Shown: positions 1-14,169 of the stretch, piece after piece
Position numbering within the stretch: the first letter of the stretch is position 1
Layout of the letters: every line of letters begins with the position of its first letter
DNA from: Squalus acanthias
Taxonomy: Eukaryota
Length of the DNA: 64,000 nucleotides
Direction of reading: 5' to 3'
Assembly (NCBI GenBank): GCA_030390025.1
Contig: CM059425.1
Location: forward strand, 175,834,001-175,898,000
Position numbers and translations under genes: made by a program
Notes under the pieces: model-generated
What the model was told of the DNA's origin: nothing
The model's database searches: none
Seen by the model: the letters and a program-made list of their open reading frames with translations, nothing else

Positions 1-456
1 TCACAAATGGAGATAAATAGAGCAAACAGATGCTGAGCCAAGGAGAGAGAGCTGAGAAGGTGAACGAAAGCTTGGCCAAAAAGATAAGTATTGAGAAGGT
101 TTTTAAAGGAGAGAGAAGTGGAGAAGCAAAAGGGTTTAGCACTTTTCAGAGTGTCATTGAATATTACAGAACAGAAACAACCCACTCGACTAATCAAGTC
201 TGTGCTACTGTTTTTCTCTACGGGCTGTCTTGTCTAATTCCACTCTCCTGCTCACTCTCTGTTAGAGCAGGACCCCAGAGGTCTGAGGCTACAGGCTCAG
301 GAGCCAGGGGTTGACCTCAGCTGTGCTTCCACTCCCCACTGCCCAGATCCCACTTTCACCTCTGATCTCTCTGGCAATGTGAGGCTAATGAATGAAGGAG
401 TGTCACCCATATAAAGAAACTGAAAGGGGATGAGTCAGAGGGAGCACATAATTTAC

Positions 457-718
457 CTTGGCTGCTCTGGTGAGGCCATTTAACTTCTTCTTGCATTGCA
501 AAGGAGTCCTGGGATTCAAGGAGGTGGCACTCACTGCCATAGCCGCCTGCCCCCACAAAGTGCATAACACATTCTTTGTAGATTCCCTTCGCCCAACCCC
601 AAACAACCCATCCCTCTTGCTACAATGACATATAAGGGTGCCTCCTGGGTTTGCCATTCATTTCTTTTGATCGCCCATGCTTCTCGCCCAGGATGTCTGC
701 TTCCTCCTGCGCTGCCAT
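457..718 (-). pseudogene. Decayed Harbinger Myb/SANT-like gene, exon 1 fragment
   Basis: Translation includes AVSATSLNPRTPLQCKKKLNGLTRAAK followed by the donor gtaaat. The C-terminal helix motif (QCxKxxNxL) and intron position match the other Harbinger Myb exons in the window. Confidence 0.6.
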
Positions 719-3700
719 TACACTTTTAAGCAGCAGCAGCTTTGATATCCTGTTGCTGTACTTGGGCTCTGCTTGTCCTCCAGGTATTTTCCCATCCTCC
801 TTAATCCACTTCCCCACTTTCCAACCTATTTCATTCTCCTGCCCCTCTCTCTTACACTGTCTTACACTCTCTCTATTCCCCCACTTCCCTTCCCCTACAT
901 CCTGCCCACTGCTCTCCATTCCTCCCTCTCCATAGCCCATTTAGGGCCTAATTCCTGTCTGTACTCCAGTTCATAGAATCATGAAATGGAGTACAGGGTC
1001 AGTGCCATGACCTGAAGGTGGGTGGAACTCCTCCAATGGCGCTGTTGCACATTGTTTGTATCAGACTCCTTTGTCTGCTTCTTTAACAGTCGCTAACCCA
1101 TTTATTTTAACTGGATTAACAACTTTGTTAAAAATAGCACACACAGAAATTTTAACACCTGAATATGTAGATGCAACCAGTGCAGGACCTCTGACTGGTC
1201 TTTTGGCAACATTTCCCTCTGTGTAACGTTAACATTTCGCAGTGTTCTGTTAAAAATTACAACTCTGGTACTATATTACTAAATTATAAAAATTGTAATC
1301 TAGTTATTGGTCACACTAAATTTATATAAAAAATGCCATCCTTCCAGACCATATGCAGCCCACGTTGCCATCTGCCAAGAGAGATCTGCTGGCTGGCTGG
1401 CTGGGGGAGGGGGTGAGTGCTGCACAGAGCACATTTTAAGTGGGGAATTTCCATGTTATCTGGGAGTCTTGCCATTGTGCTGTTACATAGCACAGCAGTG
1501 CCCAGCTGCTGCCGAGATCAGAGTGGTGAGATCGCTCCTACAACAGGAGGTATTAATGATTGAAACCGTAGTGAAAAATAAAGATAAATTAAACTTTAAA
1601 TGACAAAACTTAACTACCTACAATAAATTGAATTTAACTGAATATAAATGAGTAATTTATGTATGATGATTAAATACTGCGTAAATTTCTTAAGTTAATA
1701 AAACATGTTATAATTTGAAATGCATTGCAGCAGTGCATTCAATTTATTTTTCCATCAACAGTATTGTATTGACAATGGATATATTTCTCAGTGATTTGCA
1801 CATACAATTGCTCGCTGTGTTATAAGGTTCAGTCGTTTCCTTTTGAAGAGTAAAAACCATCCTCAGTATATCAAATGCACAAGTGATTCAGTGCCTGAGC
1901 CTCTACCTCAGCATATAGTGTGTTCCTACACTGACAGCAAGGGCACTTCATCCTTCATGGTTGACAGTCTCCAGGAGCAGCCTGCTCAGAGCACACAGAG
2001 GCAGAGAGAACATACTGACCATTAAATAATAAGTGCCCACCAGGTGGCCATTTGCTTGATGCTTCTGTGGCAGATCTAACACCGTGTTACTCTCCTCCCT
2101 TCTATCCATTCAAAAGAACATAGGCAACTTCCTGCCACAACCCAATGCTGGGGATACCTCGGAAATAGTTTCCTCAGGCAGGCTCTGTGCAAAGCTCTGT
2201 GGGGACAAGCAGCTGCTGCCTGTGATGAGTAAAATCCCATTAATACGTCCACAGACTTTATTTACAGCACTGTTAAAACGGCAGCCTCTTGCTGTTATGA
2301 AGGATTTGAAAAAATATCCACCAAGACCTAGGAGAGTACATGTATGATTATGGGGTTAAGAAGAAGAAAACTGTTACAACGTTCAAGAAACCGCTTCTTT
2401 GTAGCATGTGAGTGCACTAGGCTGGTTGCATAATTGTCTTGCAGCAGTTCAAAATTCATTTTCATATTTATCCACAATTTAGCATTCAAAATGTAGCTGC
2501 TGGAAGGTCAATACAACCACTGTGCCCAGATGCAGCCCTCCCATAATAAATATGTGGGTTGAAACATATCTGTAAGATCTTATTGATCTCTCAGAGTTCT
2601 TGGACAAGACACCAATAGGCAGCAGCCAGTATGTTTGATCAAGATTTATTAAGCATACAGTGTAATATGCTTAACATTAGGCGATAGTTTTCATGAGCAG
2701 CTCGCAGCCCTTGGGCTCTGGAACCTCTCGGACACAGATGACGTCGTCTTAAGTCTGTTCCTTTGTTCTCGCAGTAAGTCTGTGTAAAGTTGTTCTTTGA
2801 GGATCGAGGTTTTAACCCATTTCTTATCAAAAGTTCGTTTGGCCAGTGTCCATATATGGTCTTTAACAAAATCACCTTCTTTAATTTGTTCTAATGGTCA
2901 AAATACTATTGTCACTCAGACTAAGGCTAGCATTTTGGCCACTCCCTTTTCCAGTACTTTTCCACAACCCTATCCTGCTGTCTTGTTATCTTGTTTATAG
3001 TTCTTCACCCCATTGGAATTCACTTTATCTCTTTCATTTCTAGCCTCCCTGGTACAGGCCTTTCTATACCGAGGGCCCAGCCCATGTCAGCGCTGTTTCA
3101 CTAGTCTTGACGGTGTCCAGACTATCTCACTTCAATGGATACCTTAACTCCATGATCTCTCTCATTTTATGTCCTTGTACTAATTATCTTTTAAATATCT
3201 TTGCAATTAGTTTTGTTAAGTGAATTCTAATTTCTACTTAGCGTTAGGATATGTCATTTAACAATTTAACCTTCACTCACAGCCTATGGCTGTTGTTATC
3301 AAAGCTTAGTCAAAACTGCTTTTGACTGTCCTTGTAGGTGCATTCTGAACAAGTCTTAGCATTTTAGTTACACAGGAGTAATTATGGGTCATATTCGTTG
3401 GTCAATGGCTACACTTGAATTTATACATGTATGATTCTCGTCTACTAATATCTCTAAATATCAGCCTTTCGTACATATCCCAATCAGAACGATTGCTGTT
3501 AGGCCTCTGCTGGCAGCTGGGGCCCTTCCTGGAAGTTCACTTGGACAAGTACCCCCCCCCCCCCCCGACCCCCACCACACACTCAGGCACACCAACCACC
3601 TTCCATAAGGAGAAATAAGTCAGTAGCAGTGACTCACTCAAAGCCAGGGAAGAACAGCAGCCGCCACCAGCTGAACCAGTGTCCCATGTAAATGAGATGT

Positions 3701-3814
3701 AAACACCACTGGGGTCAGCACTGCATCGCGCTGCATCTTGTCTCCATATAAATGATTTAGACATGGATAAAATCAAATTATGGGACATAACAAAGTAAGA
3801 AGAAGCTGCAGTCC

Positions 3815-3992
3815 CACACCAATGTGGTTGACTCTTAACTGCCCTCTGAAGTGGCCTAGCAAGCCATTCAGTTGTGTCAAACCATTAGCAGTGGTTCAAG
3901 TACAAGGCTCACACCACCTTCTCAGGGCAACTAGAGATGGGTAATAAATGTTAGCCTTGCCTGCAATGCCCACCTCCCAAGAATAAATCAAA
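3815..3992 (+). repeat. 3' part of an interspersed SINE/LINE-tail repeat, related to 37860-38200
   Basis: Shares ctcttaactgccctctgaagtggcctagcaag...caactag...cccac with 38075-38195. Confidence 0.55.
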
Positions 3993-5059
3993 AAAATACA
4001 TTACAGCAACTGTCTACTTTCCATTCAGTATAATGCCATATGAGGGCACTGTTGCATACCTAAAATAGAGAGTTCCCTTTCCACATTAATTCATTTTCCA
4101 ATCGATATGTGTTCGGTATTATATGAATTTTTTGCAATGTTTCTTTCGAGATGGAACAGTCTAATTTTAGCTGATACCCGCTACATTCAAAAAAACACCA
4201 TGGTCAATTTTACAGTCATAAAACTTCCAATATTTTATGTGGCAGTTTTACTTCCTTAGGCATTTATCTATTACATAAATATATTAAACACTGAGTAGTT
4301 TGAAACAGAAAAGAAAAATTCATTATAACCAGAGGCTGTTTTATTTCAGTCTTTTATTGACTATCATGAATTAAGAATAGAATTCAAGTTTGTCTAAAAT
4401 ACAGCAGTGATATAGTGCTAACATCTCACCTGTGTAGTTCTGACCTTGTACAAAGATGCTAGTATAAGAGGTAGGTTCTGAACAGAATAGGGGCAATTTT
4501 AACTTGAGGTAGCACAAGAGGCAGGTTAACATCATTAACTTAGGTAGAAGAATGCAGGAGCCATTTCACACACAGGGAAGTCTTGCAAACAGTCATGACC
4601 TGATTGATGAGTTAATCTGTGGGTGGTGGATGGGCCAGACATACAGCATATAGTATTACATAGACTCCTAAATTACATTGCTTATGTCTCATCTGAACCC
4701 TGTTCAGCATGTATAAGATTCACATTTCACAGTGTGTGCATCTAACCACTTTAAAAAAAAACTTTTTAATATTTTGCTTAGTATCAACATTCCTCTTTGG
4801 TTTCCTTTCATTGTTCACATCTTCACTTATTTGGGTCATTTGATAAATTAAACACACAATAGACAAATGTGATTTAATAGAATTTTAGTGAAAATGATTA
4901 TAATCATCAATATTTAACAAACAGAAGGCAACATTTAAAGTTAGTTTGAAAGTAACCAAAACTTTGCACATTAGATAGCTTTAGCATATCCACAGTTGGC
5001 CAATATTCCTGTTAAAAAATCCTTTATCATAGAATCATAGAATGATAAAGCACAGAATG

Positions 5060-5405
5060 GAGGAGCCATTTCACACATAAGGAGGTCCCACAAACAGCAA
5101 TGAGACAAATGATAAATTAATCTGTTTTTGCAATGGTGGATTGTTGGCCAGGACATTGGAAGAGTCTCTGATCTTCTTTAAATTGTGCCACGGGATCTTT
5201 AATGTCACCCGAACCATCAGAACAAGCAGACAGAGCCTGGGTTTAACGTTTCAACTGAAAGATGGCACCTCCGACAATGCAGCACTCCCTTACCACTTCA
5301 CTGGAGGGTCAGCACAGATTTTATGCTCAGGTCCTGGAGTGGAACTTGAAGTCATCACCTTCTGGCTCAGAGGTGAGAGTGCTACCAACTGAGTCAAGCT
5401 GACAC
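5060..5405 (-). mobile_element. tRNA-derived DeuSINE (SacSINE1/AmnSINE1-like), partial
   Basis: Reverse complement of 36683-37128: tRNA-like head (ctcagttggtagcactctcacctctgagccagaagg...ttcaagttcc) and the core cattgctgtttgtgggac. Confidence 0.75.
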
Positions 5406-7729
5406 ACCCTAAAAATGTATTAATTTAGAAAAATTAATCTCCTAGCAGTCAGGAGAAACATTTATGTTTAAGCAGTGTGCTCCTCCATTGAGACACGGCA
5501 CTTTGCTCCCCTGATATTGGTGATAAATTGAGGCAGTAAGCAGCTCTTCTTATAAGGAGGTCATCCTCCATGATGGAAAAAGATGCCAATCTCCATGGCT
5601 GGGAATTTCCTTAGAACTGCTCCCACTCTGCTGCCGTAACTTTGCTGGAAGGGTGGAGGAAACTCTGTTACATGAGCAAATGGGGATTCCATTGTACTTT
5701 GAATAAAGTTATCCTGATAGCTGTTTCATGCCAAGGGAGGTACGATTTACACTCTGGCAACAATTGGAGGTGACCTAGGTCAGTGAATGGCTGGTCTGAA
5801 AACATGGGCTGAAAATTTCCTCGGAGGTGCTCCCTTTCTGCTGGGATCACTTCACTAAATATTATAGGGATATGGCACTGGTTGAAATTAATATCTCTCT
5901 TCCTAGAAGATTTAGTTTTAAAGGTACTTTTAAGTTGAGAAGGCCTTGTTTTGAAATTACTTCCCTGCGTAATACAACTCTGTGGTTACTAGTTATTATT
6001 TATTTGATTCATCAATCAGAAACCATTACATGATTTCACAGAATGTATGCCATCAGAAAGATCATGCAGTCTTTATCTGTCTTCAGCATGAAAGTAGTAT
6101 TATTTATATTAGCACAAAATGGCCACCTCAGCCAATCTAATATGCAGATTGAATCTACTCCCTCAGATATAAAAGTGCCAAGACTGCCATCTTAGAGAAG
6201 ATTTATCTGAGTGCTGATCACAAGAACCAAGATTGAGGTGTATTGTGTGATTTAAAGCAATTCTGGGTGACATTCAATTTTCACTTTGTATCTCTGATTT
6301 ATGCCAAGTATGACATCATTAGAAAGCAGTTCATCAGATTACTGTGAAATTTGGCCCAAAGAAGAAAAATTATAATTATTCATATATTCTGATACTCATT
6401 TGTCTTTGTGGTTGATTAGTCATTACACATTTGATTACATCAGTTGCACAGATAGTCTGGAAAAACACTCAGTAAATCATTTAGCTCTTGAACGTGTTTT
6501 ACTGCTTCCCAAGTTAAGCTCAGCATAAAGTTTCCTTTTATTTTGATGAAATATAGCAGCCTCCTTTCTTTAAATGAAAGACCAACATGTCAAATGCCAA
6601 TACAAACATATCACTAATAGGAACTTGCTTGTAGGATAGTACAAAATAATCTTTTTCATTGCTTCATTCTTATGGTTAGAATATGCAAATAGAATAGCAT
6701 GTCCGCTGGGCCCCTGAACTGTATTGTTTGCCCATAGTGTGAAGCATACTGTTAAGCTCCTTGGGAGATTTTACTATGTTAAAGGCACTATATAAATGCA
6801 GGTTGTTGTTATTGTTGTGGTGTGCACGCCACAAACACTGTGCCCAAATATAGTACTGCAACAGAGCATGGGAGACACTGCCATAGCCTCTTGCATCTTT
6901 CATACCTACACTTCTACATCCATGATTCTACTTTGTAGTTGTGTGCAGCCTTCCCGTTTATAAACAGAGAAAACTCAGAGAGTGCTTTTCCTCGAGGATT
7001 CTCCTGCTCTGCTGCTGTAACTTGGGAGGAAGTTCAGCAGAATCATGTGTAAACGGGGTTTCCGCCAAGGTTACGGCGATGGAATGTGAGAAGCCATGAG
7101 GAAATTCGCAAAAAGAACCTATATCATGTGGTCTGGTCCAAGAGAGATGGGGAATTTTACCAGCTCTCCATTGATGATGGTAATCTTTCTCGGGTCTTGT
7201 AGCTTGGGATCACCAGAAATGTTTTATACTATTCCTTAAAATGCTCTCCTCCAAGTCAGATATGAACAGGGTGAACAACAGGGACCCAGGAGAGATCCCT
7301 ACAGACCTCTGCCGGTCACTTCACACTGCCTTTTTTCCATTTTGCATCACCTTTCAGTGAGCACAGTGATGGCTTTTACCCAATGCCTTTACTGTGTGTG
7401 AAACTGTGCTAAAGGTTTTATAAATCACTAAAATTCTCCTGATCAATTGGAAGAACTGTTTTTCAAAGTCAGAAAATATTCTGAACTGGCAGTGAGATGT
7501 TTGGAATGTATCTCAATCAAAGAGCATTTAGTTTCCATGACAACTCTCACCAGAGCTTCATGTTTGGATTCCAGCACTCAACAACGTTGTTCTTAAACGT
7601 GAAGCAATTTTCTACATTTCATAATTAATAGATACAAGCCAATCTCCTGTGGTCCTGTACAAAGGGAGTCAAGGTCAAGTGTAGTATTGACGCACAGTGA
7701 AAGAGCAAGGGGAATAATCGCACCAAGGC

Positions 7730-8020
7730 AGGGGAGGAGAGGAGGAGGAGGAGAGGATGGAGGAGGAGGAGGAATGGGGTAGGAGGTAGATGAAAAGGGG
7801 AAAGGGAGGGAGGGGAGAGGGAGAAGGAGAAAGTGAATGGAGAAAGAAAGAGAGGGAGGGGAGGGAAGAGGAAAAGGATGATGGGGAGACAGGGGATGAG
7901 AAGGGAGGAGGGGAGGAAAATGGTTGCAAGGAGATTGGGCAATGGGGGAAGGGGATTGGAATGAGGGAGAGGGAGAATAGAGAGTGGAAGGGGAAAGAGG
8001 GTAGAAGAGGAGAGAAGGAG
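7730..8020. repeat. GA-rich low-complexity tract
   Basis: Nearly pure purine run built from gag/gga/ggg repeats. The overlapping ORFs are compositionally biased. Confidence 0.85.
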
Positions 8021-8461
8021 TGACAGAAAACTATTCCAAGGGGGTAATGGTTCCAAGCAATCTCAGCAAGGGACGGCGCAAACCAGCAAACTATCTTAAT
8101 GGAGGGGGTGGTGGGGGGTGCCCTCATTATGCATTTTCAGTTGGCGCAACCAGATAAGATCAGCAGTTGAGAGTTCTGGATGCTTCATTTTCCTTTGCTG
8201 GGGCTGGGGAGGGGGAGTGAAATTCACTTGGCTTTTTCCAAGCTGCAACCAGAGAATTATCCAAGGTGTCTTCTGGGCCTGCATATGACAGGTCAGTGAT
8301 ACAATCTTCAGGAGAGCTGGGGAATTCAGCCATGATTCTTAGGCAGCAGCATGACTGAGCTGTTCACGTCTACCATGTTGTGACTTTCCCATAACTTTTA
8401 AAATTCTGGAGGCAAAATATGACACCCACATTACACTGTAGGTTCCTACTGCAGTCTTATT

Positions 8462-8607
8462 GGGGGTCATTTTGACTTTGTGCGATGGTATAAAATGGGT
8501 GATAGTGAATCGGCAGGCTGCTTTACATCTCTCCTGGTTGTTATTTCCATTGACTTCCATTCGCTGTCACCCATTTTACACAATCGCACAAAGTCAAAAT
8601 GACCCCC
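8462..8607. mobile_element. 146-bp Harbinger-type MITE
   Basis: About 49-bp TIRs (GGGGGTCATTTTGACTTTGTGCGAT...) with 4 mismatches. 3-bp TSD ATT at 8459-8461 and 8608-8610. Confidence 0.85.
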
Positions 8608-10033
8608 ATTGAATTCCAGTCTTTCAAAGCTCAAATTGTTTGTGAACAGCTACAGTGAATCCAGCAAGTCAATGTCAAATTTTCAGGGAGTTGTCACAAA
8701 ATGTTCTCAAGGCCCAAGTTAAACTAAGAAGAAAACATTGTGAGAGACAATTTAAAGTTTATTATTACTGTAAATTCAAGCCAATGTAAAAAGAATGGTG
8801 AATTCAATACTGTTGAGATTTATTTAATATCTGGCTGTAGAAAATATATATTTTCTTAAAGCCTTCGGCTCCCACTGGAGCTGCTCCAAATAGAGAAGGT
8901 AATTCACCCTGAAGAGGATCGAACAGTGCACTCTAGTAACGGGTTGGGGCCTATGGATATAGGGGGCCTGGGTGAAAGATCTGCCTATGGCTCCCCCCGA
9001 GTGGAATTTAAAGATCTGGACAAGTTAGAGTGAATCCCGGCTGAGTTTGGACCCATATTTCAGGTCCCCTCCTTCCCTAGGTGGAAATGGGACTGATGGC
9101 TTCCAACGCCCAAGGAATTTCAGGGCCATGGTGTCAGCTCAGTTGCCAGTTGCCAGTTTGGGACCACGCTGGAATGGAGTCACTAAAAAGCATTTGTTTT
9201 GGGCTGAACTGATCTATCAGAAAAAAAAACTCTCATATCTTTTCTGAACCTGCCTCAGTGAAACATATACAGTTGCTTGGCTGGCCTACAACTTCGGTAA
9301 AAAGACAGCAGGTAGAACATGGTGTGGTTAAAACACATTTGATTAAGAAGCAGATGGCCAATTATAGCAAAATAGGAACTGAAGCAACTAGTGCTTCACA
9401 TTCATCTTTTAGATGCTGTGGTAACTCATTGTAAAAGCTTCAAATTTCAATGCGGAGGCGATTGTAGCCAGATATTAAATAAATCTCAACTGTATTGAAA
9501 TCACCATTCTTTTCACATTGGCTTGAAGGTACCCTCTACAGTAATGATAAACTCTAAATTGTTTCTCACAATGTTATCTTCACAGTTTAACTGTTTCCTT
9601 CTATCATGCAACTTTATAATTCCTTTTACTGCATTTTGACCCCTACTCCTTACTTTACTGAATCTTCTATTAGTTTTGTTCTTTTTTATATTAAATTTCT
9701 CTTTTTACCTGATTAAATATATTGGCCCGGAAATTGCGATCCTGATGACGGTGAACGGGCCGTTTCTGTGTGAATGCCCATCACCCTTCATCTGTAGGCC
9801 GCCCCATCGAAGTCCTCATCTGACTCCTCTGCAGTAGAACTCGTGCGTGACCTCGCCCTCCGGGGAGCTGGCCCCTGAGCTACCCTTTCCCCTGGCCTGG
9901 CTGCAGCCCACTCGTGCCCGGTGACTCGCCACATGCAGATCCCGCCTCTATATTACCCTCTAAAGTTTGCGCAGTGCCAGTTCCTGAGCCGGTGCCTGCG
10001 TGTGTCAGGTTGACTGACGGTGTCTCTTCTCCA

Positions 10034-12068
10034 TCACTTGCCTCTTGTTTTTCCTGCACTGGCTGGGATGGCTAGAGTTCTTGGGGATCTGAAAGGAGAA
10101 AGGCATAAGGGTAGGGTTGTGGTGAGGGAAGGGGAGTGGAAAGCAAGATGTGCATCAGCAGCTTGTAAATTAGAAGAGATTGTGGGATGAGGGGGAAGTG
10201 GGATTGGAGAAGGAGGATTAGGTATGAGCATACCGTCATCATCAATGGTTTCAGCCTTGCCGATCGCCAAGGACTCAGTGACGGCCCCTCCAATGATGTC
10301 TAGCACAGTCTCCTCCAGCTGGGTCAGGATATGCAGCCGTACATACTCCCCCCCTGTTAGCTGCTGCTGTCTCCTGTTATATGCCACCTTGGCCTGCAAG
10401 AGAAAGGGAAATGTGTCAGTGAATATAAGAACATAAGAAATAGGAGCAGGAGTAGGCCAATCGGCCCCTCGAGCCTGCTCCGCCATTCAATAAGATCATG
10501 GCTGATCTGATCCTAACCTCAAATCTAAAGAACACAAGAAGTAGGAGCAGGACCCGGCCACTCAGCCCCTGGGCCCGCTCCGCCACCCACAGGGCCTTGA
10601 CTGATCCGAACTCAGCCTCATGTCCAATTTCCTGCCCGCTCCCCGTAACCCCTAATTCCCTTTACTTCTAGGAAACTGTCTATTTCTGTTTTAAATTTAT
10701 TTAATGATGTAGCTTCCACAGCTTCCTGGGGCAGCAAATTCCACAGACCTACGACCCTCTGAGTGAAGAAGTTTCTCCTCATCTCAGTTTTGAAAGAGCA
10801 GCCCCTTATTCTAAGATTATGCCCCCTAGTTCTAGTTTCACCCATCCTTGGGAACATCCTTACTGCATCCACCCGATCAAGCCCCTTCACAATCTTATAT
10901 GTTTCAATAAGATCGCCTCTCATTCTTCTGAACTCCAATGAGTAGAGTCCCAATCTACTCAACCTCTCCTCATATGTCCACCCCCTCATCCCCGGGATTA
11001 ACCAAGTGAACCTTCTTTGTACTGCCTCGAGAGCAAGTATGTCTTTTCTTAAGTATGGACACCAAAACTGTATGCAGTATTCCAGGTGCGGTCTCACCAA
11101 TACCTTATATAACTGCAGCAATACCTCCCTGTTTTTATAATCTATCCCCCTAGCAATAAAAGCCAACATTCTGTTGGCCTTCTTGATCACCTGCTGCACC
11201 TGCATACTAACTTTTTGATTTTCTTGCACTAGGACCCCCAGATCCCTTTGTACTGCAGTACTTTCCAGTTTCTCGCCATTAAGATAATAACTTGCTCTCT
11301 GATTTTTCCTGCCAAAGTGCATAACCTCACATTTTCCAATATTGTATTGCATCTGCCAAATCTCCGCCCACTCACCCAGCCTGTCTATGTCCCCTTGTAG
11401 GTTTTTTATGTCCTCCTCACTTTCTACTTTCCCTCCCATCTTTGTATCATCTGCAAACTTTGATATGTTACACTCGGTCCCCTCCTCCAAATCGTTAATA
11501 TAGATTGTAAAGAGTTGGGGACCCAGCACCGACCCCTGCGGAACACCACTGGCTACTGGTTGGTGCAGTGTGTTTGGGTAATGTGCCTGTCGTGGTTGAA
11601 TAGCTGGTAGGGTGTGCAAGGTGTGAGATTGGGGCATGAGATTGGGAGTGTGAGACTTGTAACAGTGGTAAGTGTCTGAGGGTGAGGTGAAGCTATGAAT
11701 GTGAGATATGCGTCGTGATTGCTAGAGATTGTTGGTAGGTGAGTGATGGGGGGTCTGGTGCATTGAGCAGTGTGTGAAGCTCGTGGTGCAGTTGGTGGGA
11801 TATCGCATTTAAAGATGCATTCACTGACCTTGACCACTCACGTGCAGTCATTAAACTTCTTTCGGCACTGGATCCAGTTCCTGGGGGAAAAGACTGCTGG
11901 CAGAAACCGCATTAACTATCTACTCCCATTGCCTTCTTACTGTGTGTCTGAAGGGCCTCCTGGGCCCTGCGGGTCGAGGACCTGTTTTCTCCTTTCAAAC
12001 CTCTGCACTAAGGCCTCCAGTGCTGCGTCTGAGATCTTAGGTGCCCTTTCTTTGCCCTGTTGAGCCAT
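10034..12068 (-). pseudogene. Harbinger Myb/SANT-like gene (family 2): exon 1 12068-~11829, exon 2 10393-10234, exon 3 remnant
   Basis: Exon 1 reads MAQQGKERAPKISDAALEALV...WIQCRKKFND..VVK|gtcagt. Exon 2 is 160 bp, ttgcag|AKVAYNRRQQQLTGG...DDG|gtatgc. Stops and frameshifts are present. Confidence 0.75.
10425..11562 (-). mobile_element. 5'-truncated CR1 LINE (RT C-terminal half plus 3' UTR) in intron 1 of the Myb gene
   Basis: Motifs SGVPQGSVLGP, FADD, RPHLEYC and a (TTCTTATG)n tail. Nearly identical to 25057-26202. Confidence 0.95.
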
Positions 12069-12384
12069 AGCTACCTTACAGTTGCCTTTGCAACAATTAT
12101 AATGAGGTGCTTATTTCAGAAAGCACCTCCCCTTTAAGAAGTGCAGACTGTGTTTCAAACTGCAGGCTTGCTTTTAAATAGCGATAACTTCCCATGAACT
12201 TGGGCCTCCTGCTGTGCACACAGCCAACCAGCAGCACTCTCAGCACTGGGCTCAATGCTTCAATCATGTTAATTAGCAGGCAACACGAATGTCACGTGCT
12301 GCCTGCAGTACTTTCAACGGGCGTGCGCTGATCGTGCATCATGATCCCCGTGCCCATTCTCGGGCCTTATCGAATTTTTACCCC

Positions 12385-12910
12385 TTACTATTTTACCTGC
12401 CAATCTTTGATTCCAATCCACCTGGACCAAATCCCTTTTCAACTCACTGAAATTAGCCCTCCTCTAGTTGAATATTTTCACATTTGATTTTGCCTTGTCC
12501 TTTTCTATATCGATGCTAAACCTAATGATAGCGATCACTGTTTCCCAAATGCTCTCCCACTGAAACATGCTCCACTTGCCCCACTTCATTCCCCAGAACC
12601 AGATCCAGCAATGCTTCCTTTCTCATTGGGCTGGAAACATACTGATCAAAAATGCTCTCTTGTACACATTTCAGGAATTCCACCTCCTCATTGCTCTTTA
12701 CACTGTTATTTTCCCAGTCTGTATTGGGATAGTTGATGTCCCCCATTTTCACTACTCCATTTTCCTGCAAATTTGCTCCTCTATCTCCTTCCCTCTATTT
12801 GGTGGTCTATAGTATACACCCAGCAGTGTAATAGTATTGTTCCTTAACTCGAACCAAATGGATTTTGTCTTTGAACCCTCAAGTACATCATCCTTTCTAG
12901 TGCTGTAACA
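12385..12910 (-). mobile_element. Decayed CR1 endonuclease fragment
   Basis: MGDINYPNTDW...LLDLVLGNE...EHLGNSD are APE-endonuclease motifs. Confidence 0.8.
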
Positions 12911-14169
12911 ATGGGCTGAATTTTACAGGGTGGTGGCGGGCGGGATCGGTGGTGGGTCAGGTGGGAAATCTGTTACTTTTGACAGCGGGTTGGGAACCTG
13001 CTGTCATCTCGCTTCCACGCGCCTTTTCCACCGGCGCATCTGTCATCGTGGAGCCGACCCGAACGGCAGCGGCAGGTGACCCAATTGAGATAATTATCAG
13101 GTAGTTTACAGGCACTTTCGAGCCTTTTTTTGCTTACTTTTTAAATATCGCTGCATGGCCACAGGATTTACGCAGCTTGGGAACCATGTCTGTCCACCTG
13201 AGGCATGAGTTCTGTGGTCATTGCTGCAGCTGATTACCTGACAGCATGTAAAACAAAGCAAAATAAAAACATGTTGATTACATCAGCTAACAGATTGATG
13301 GAGATTCTGTTCTACTTGAAAAGCTACTGGTAAATGTCCATTCAGAAATTGCTGAAGGGATATTAGTGCTGAAGGCTCCCATTCTAACCTGGATGGTGAG
13401 GGAAATACATTTTTCACTGGCCATTTTCGGCCATTGCCTTTCAACTCAAAAGTAATTGCAGTGAAATGATCTGCACTATAAAAAATGACATATACCATTT
13501 AAATAAATTTGTGTGTTGTTTCTGGTCAGGTTTTTCTCACAGTATGCTGTGATTGTCAGTTACATATTAAATCAAGTCATCAACCGTAACAATTTCATTC
13601 TCATCACTCTTTCCACTGGTTCAATTTTCTTTCAGTCCCTGAATATAACTAATGTAATTTTTCAGCCTGAGTCTTTGGGGGTGAATTTCTGCGAGGTTCC
13701 CTCACTTGTCCATTGTTAACTTCAACGGAAAAGCTGCTGAAATCCCAGAAACACATAAGCACCACTTACACTGTTTGTCAGGGTTTCCGCAGCTCTTCCG
13801 CTGAACTTGCATAAGATTGTAAATCCACCCCATTACAATTACATTTAAAATCTGCTTAATTTTATGTATTACCTATACACACCCATCTTTTACTTGTACC
13901 AGTTACTGATACAAAGGGCTGGATTTTCCGCCCGGAGACAGGATGGTGGCGGGTTCCGGTCCTTCTCCCGCTTCCAGCCACCCTGCAATAATGACTTTCC
14001 CCAAACTGGCCTCATTAAGGCCGCCGTGCGCGTGACCCGGCCCAATCGGTGGGTGCGGGTCGGCTGATCGCGCTTGATGACGCGCTGGGGGCCTCTATAT
14101 TTAAGGGGGCCATGTCCCCTTTGATTAGTACTTTCTTTTTTCTGCTCACGAGTGCTGCTTGCTACAGGC

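Larger units (their letters stand above)
9724..12384 (-). mobile_element. Non-autonomous Harbinger derivative (Myb family 2) interrupted by a CR1 LINE
   Basis: TIR-like ends GGCCCGGAAATT and AATTTTTACCCC, but the TSD is not clean. Contains Myb/SANT exons homologous to 40334-41344. Confidence 0.6.

Noticed and set aside
7625..8127. 143-150 aa Pro/Leu/Ser-rich ORFs
   Set aside because: They are artefacts of the GA/CT low-complexity tract.
10618..11637. Novel 339-aa fusion protein
   Set aside because: The first ~25 aa are Harbinger intron sequence that is by chance in frame with a truncated CR1 RT.
12913..13831. Additional Harbinger MITE ends (12913, 13678-13831; also near 19665 and 38433)
   Set aside because: TIR-like starts are visible, but partner ends or TSDs could not be established, so they are not listed as bounded features.
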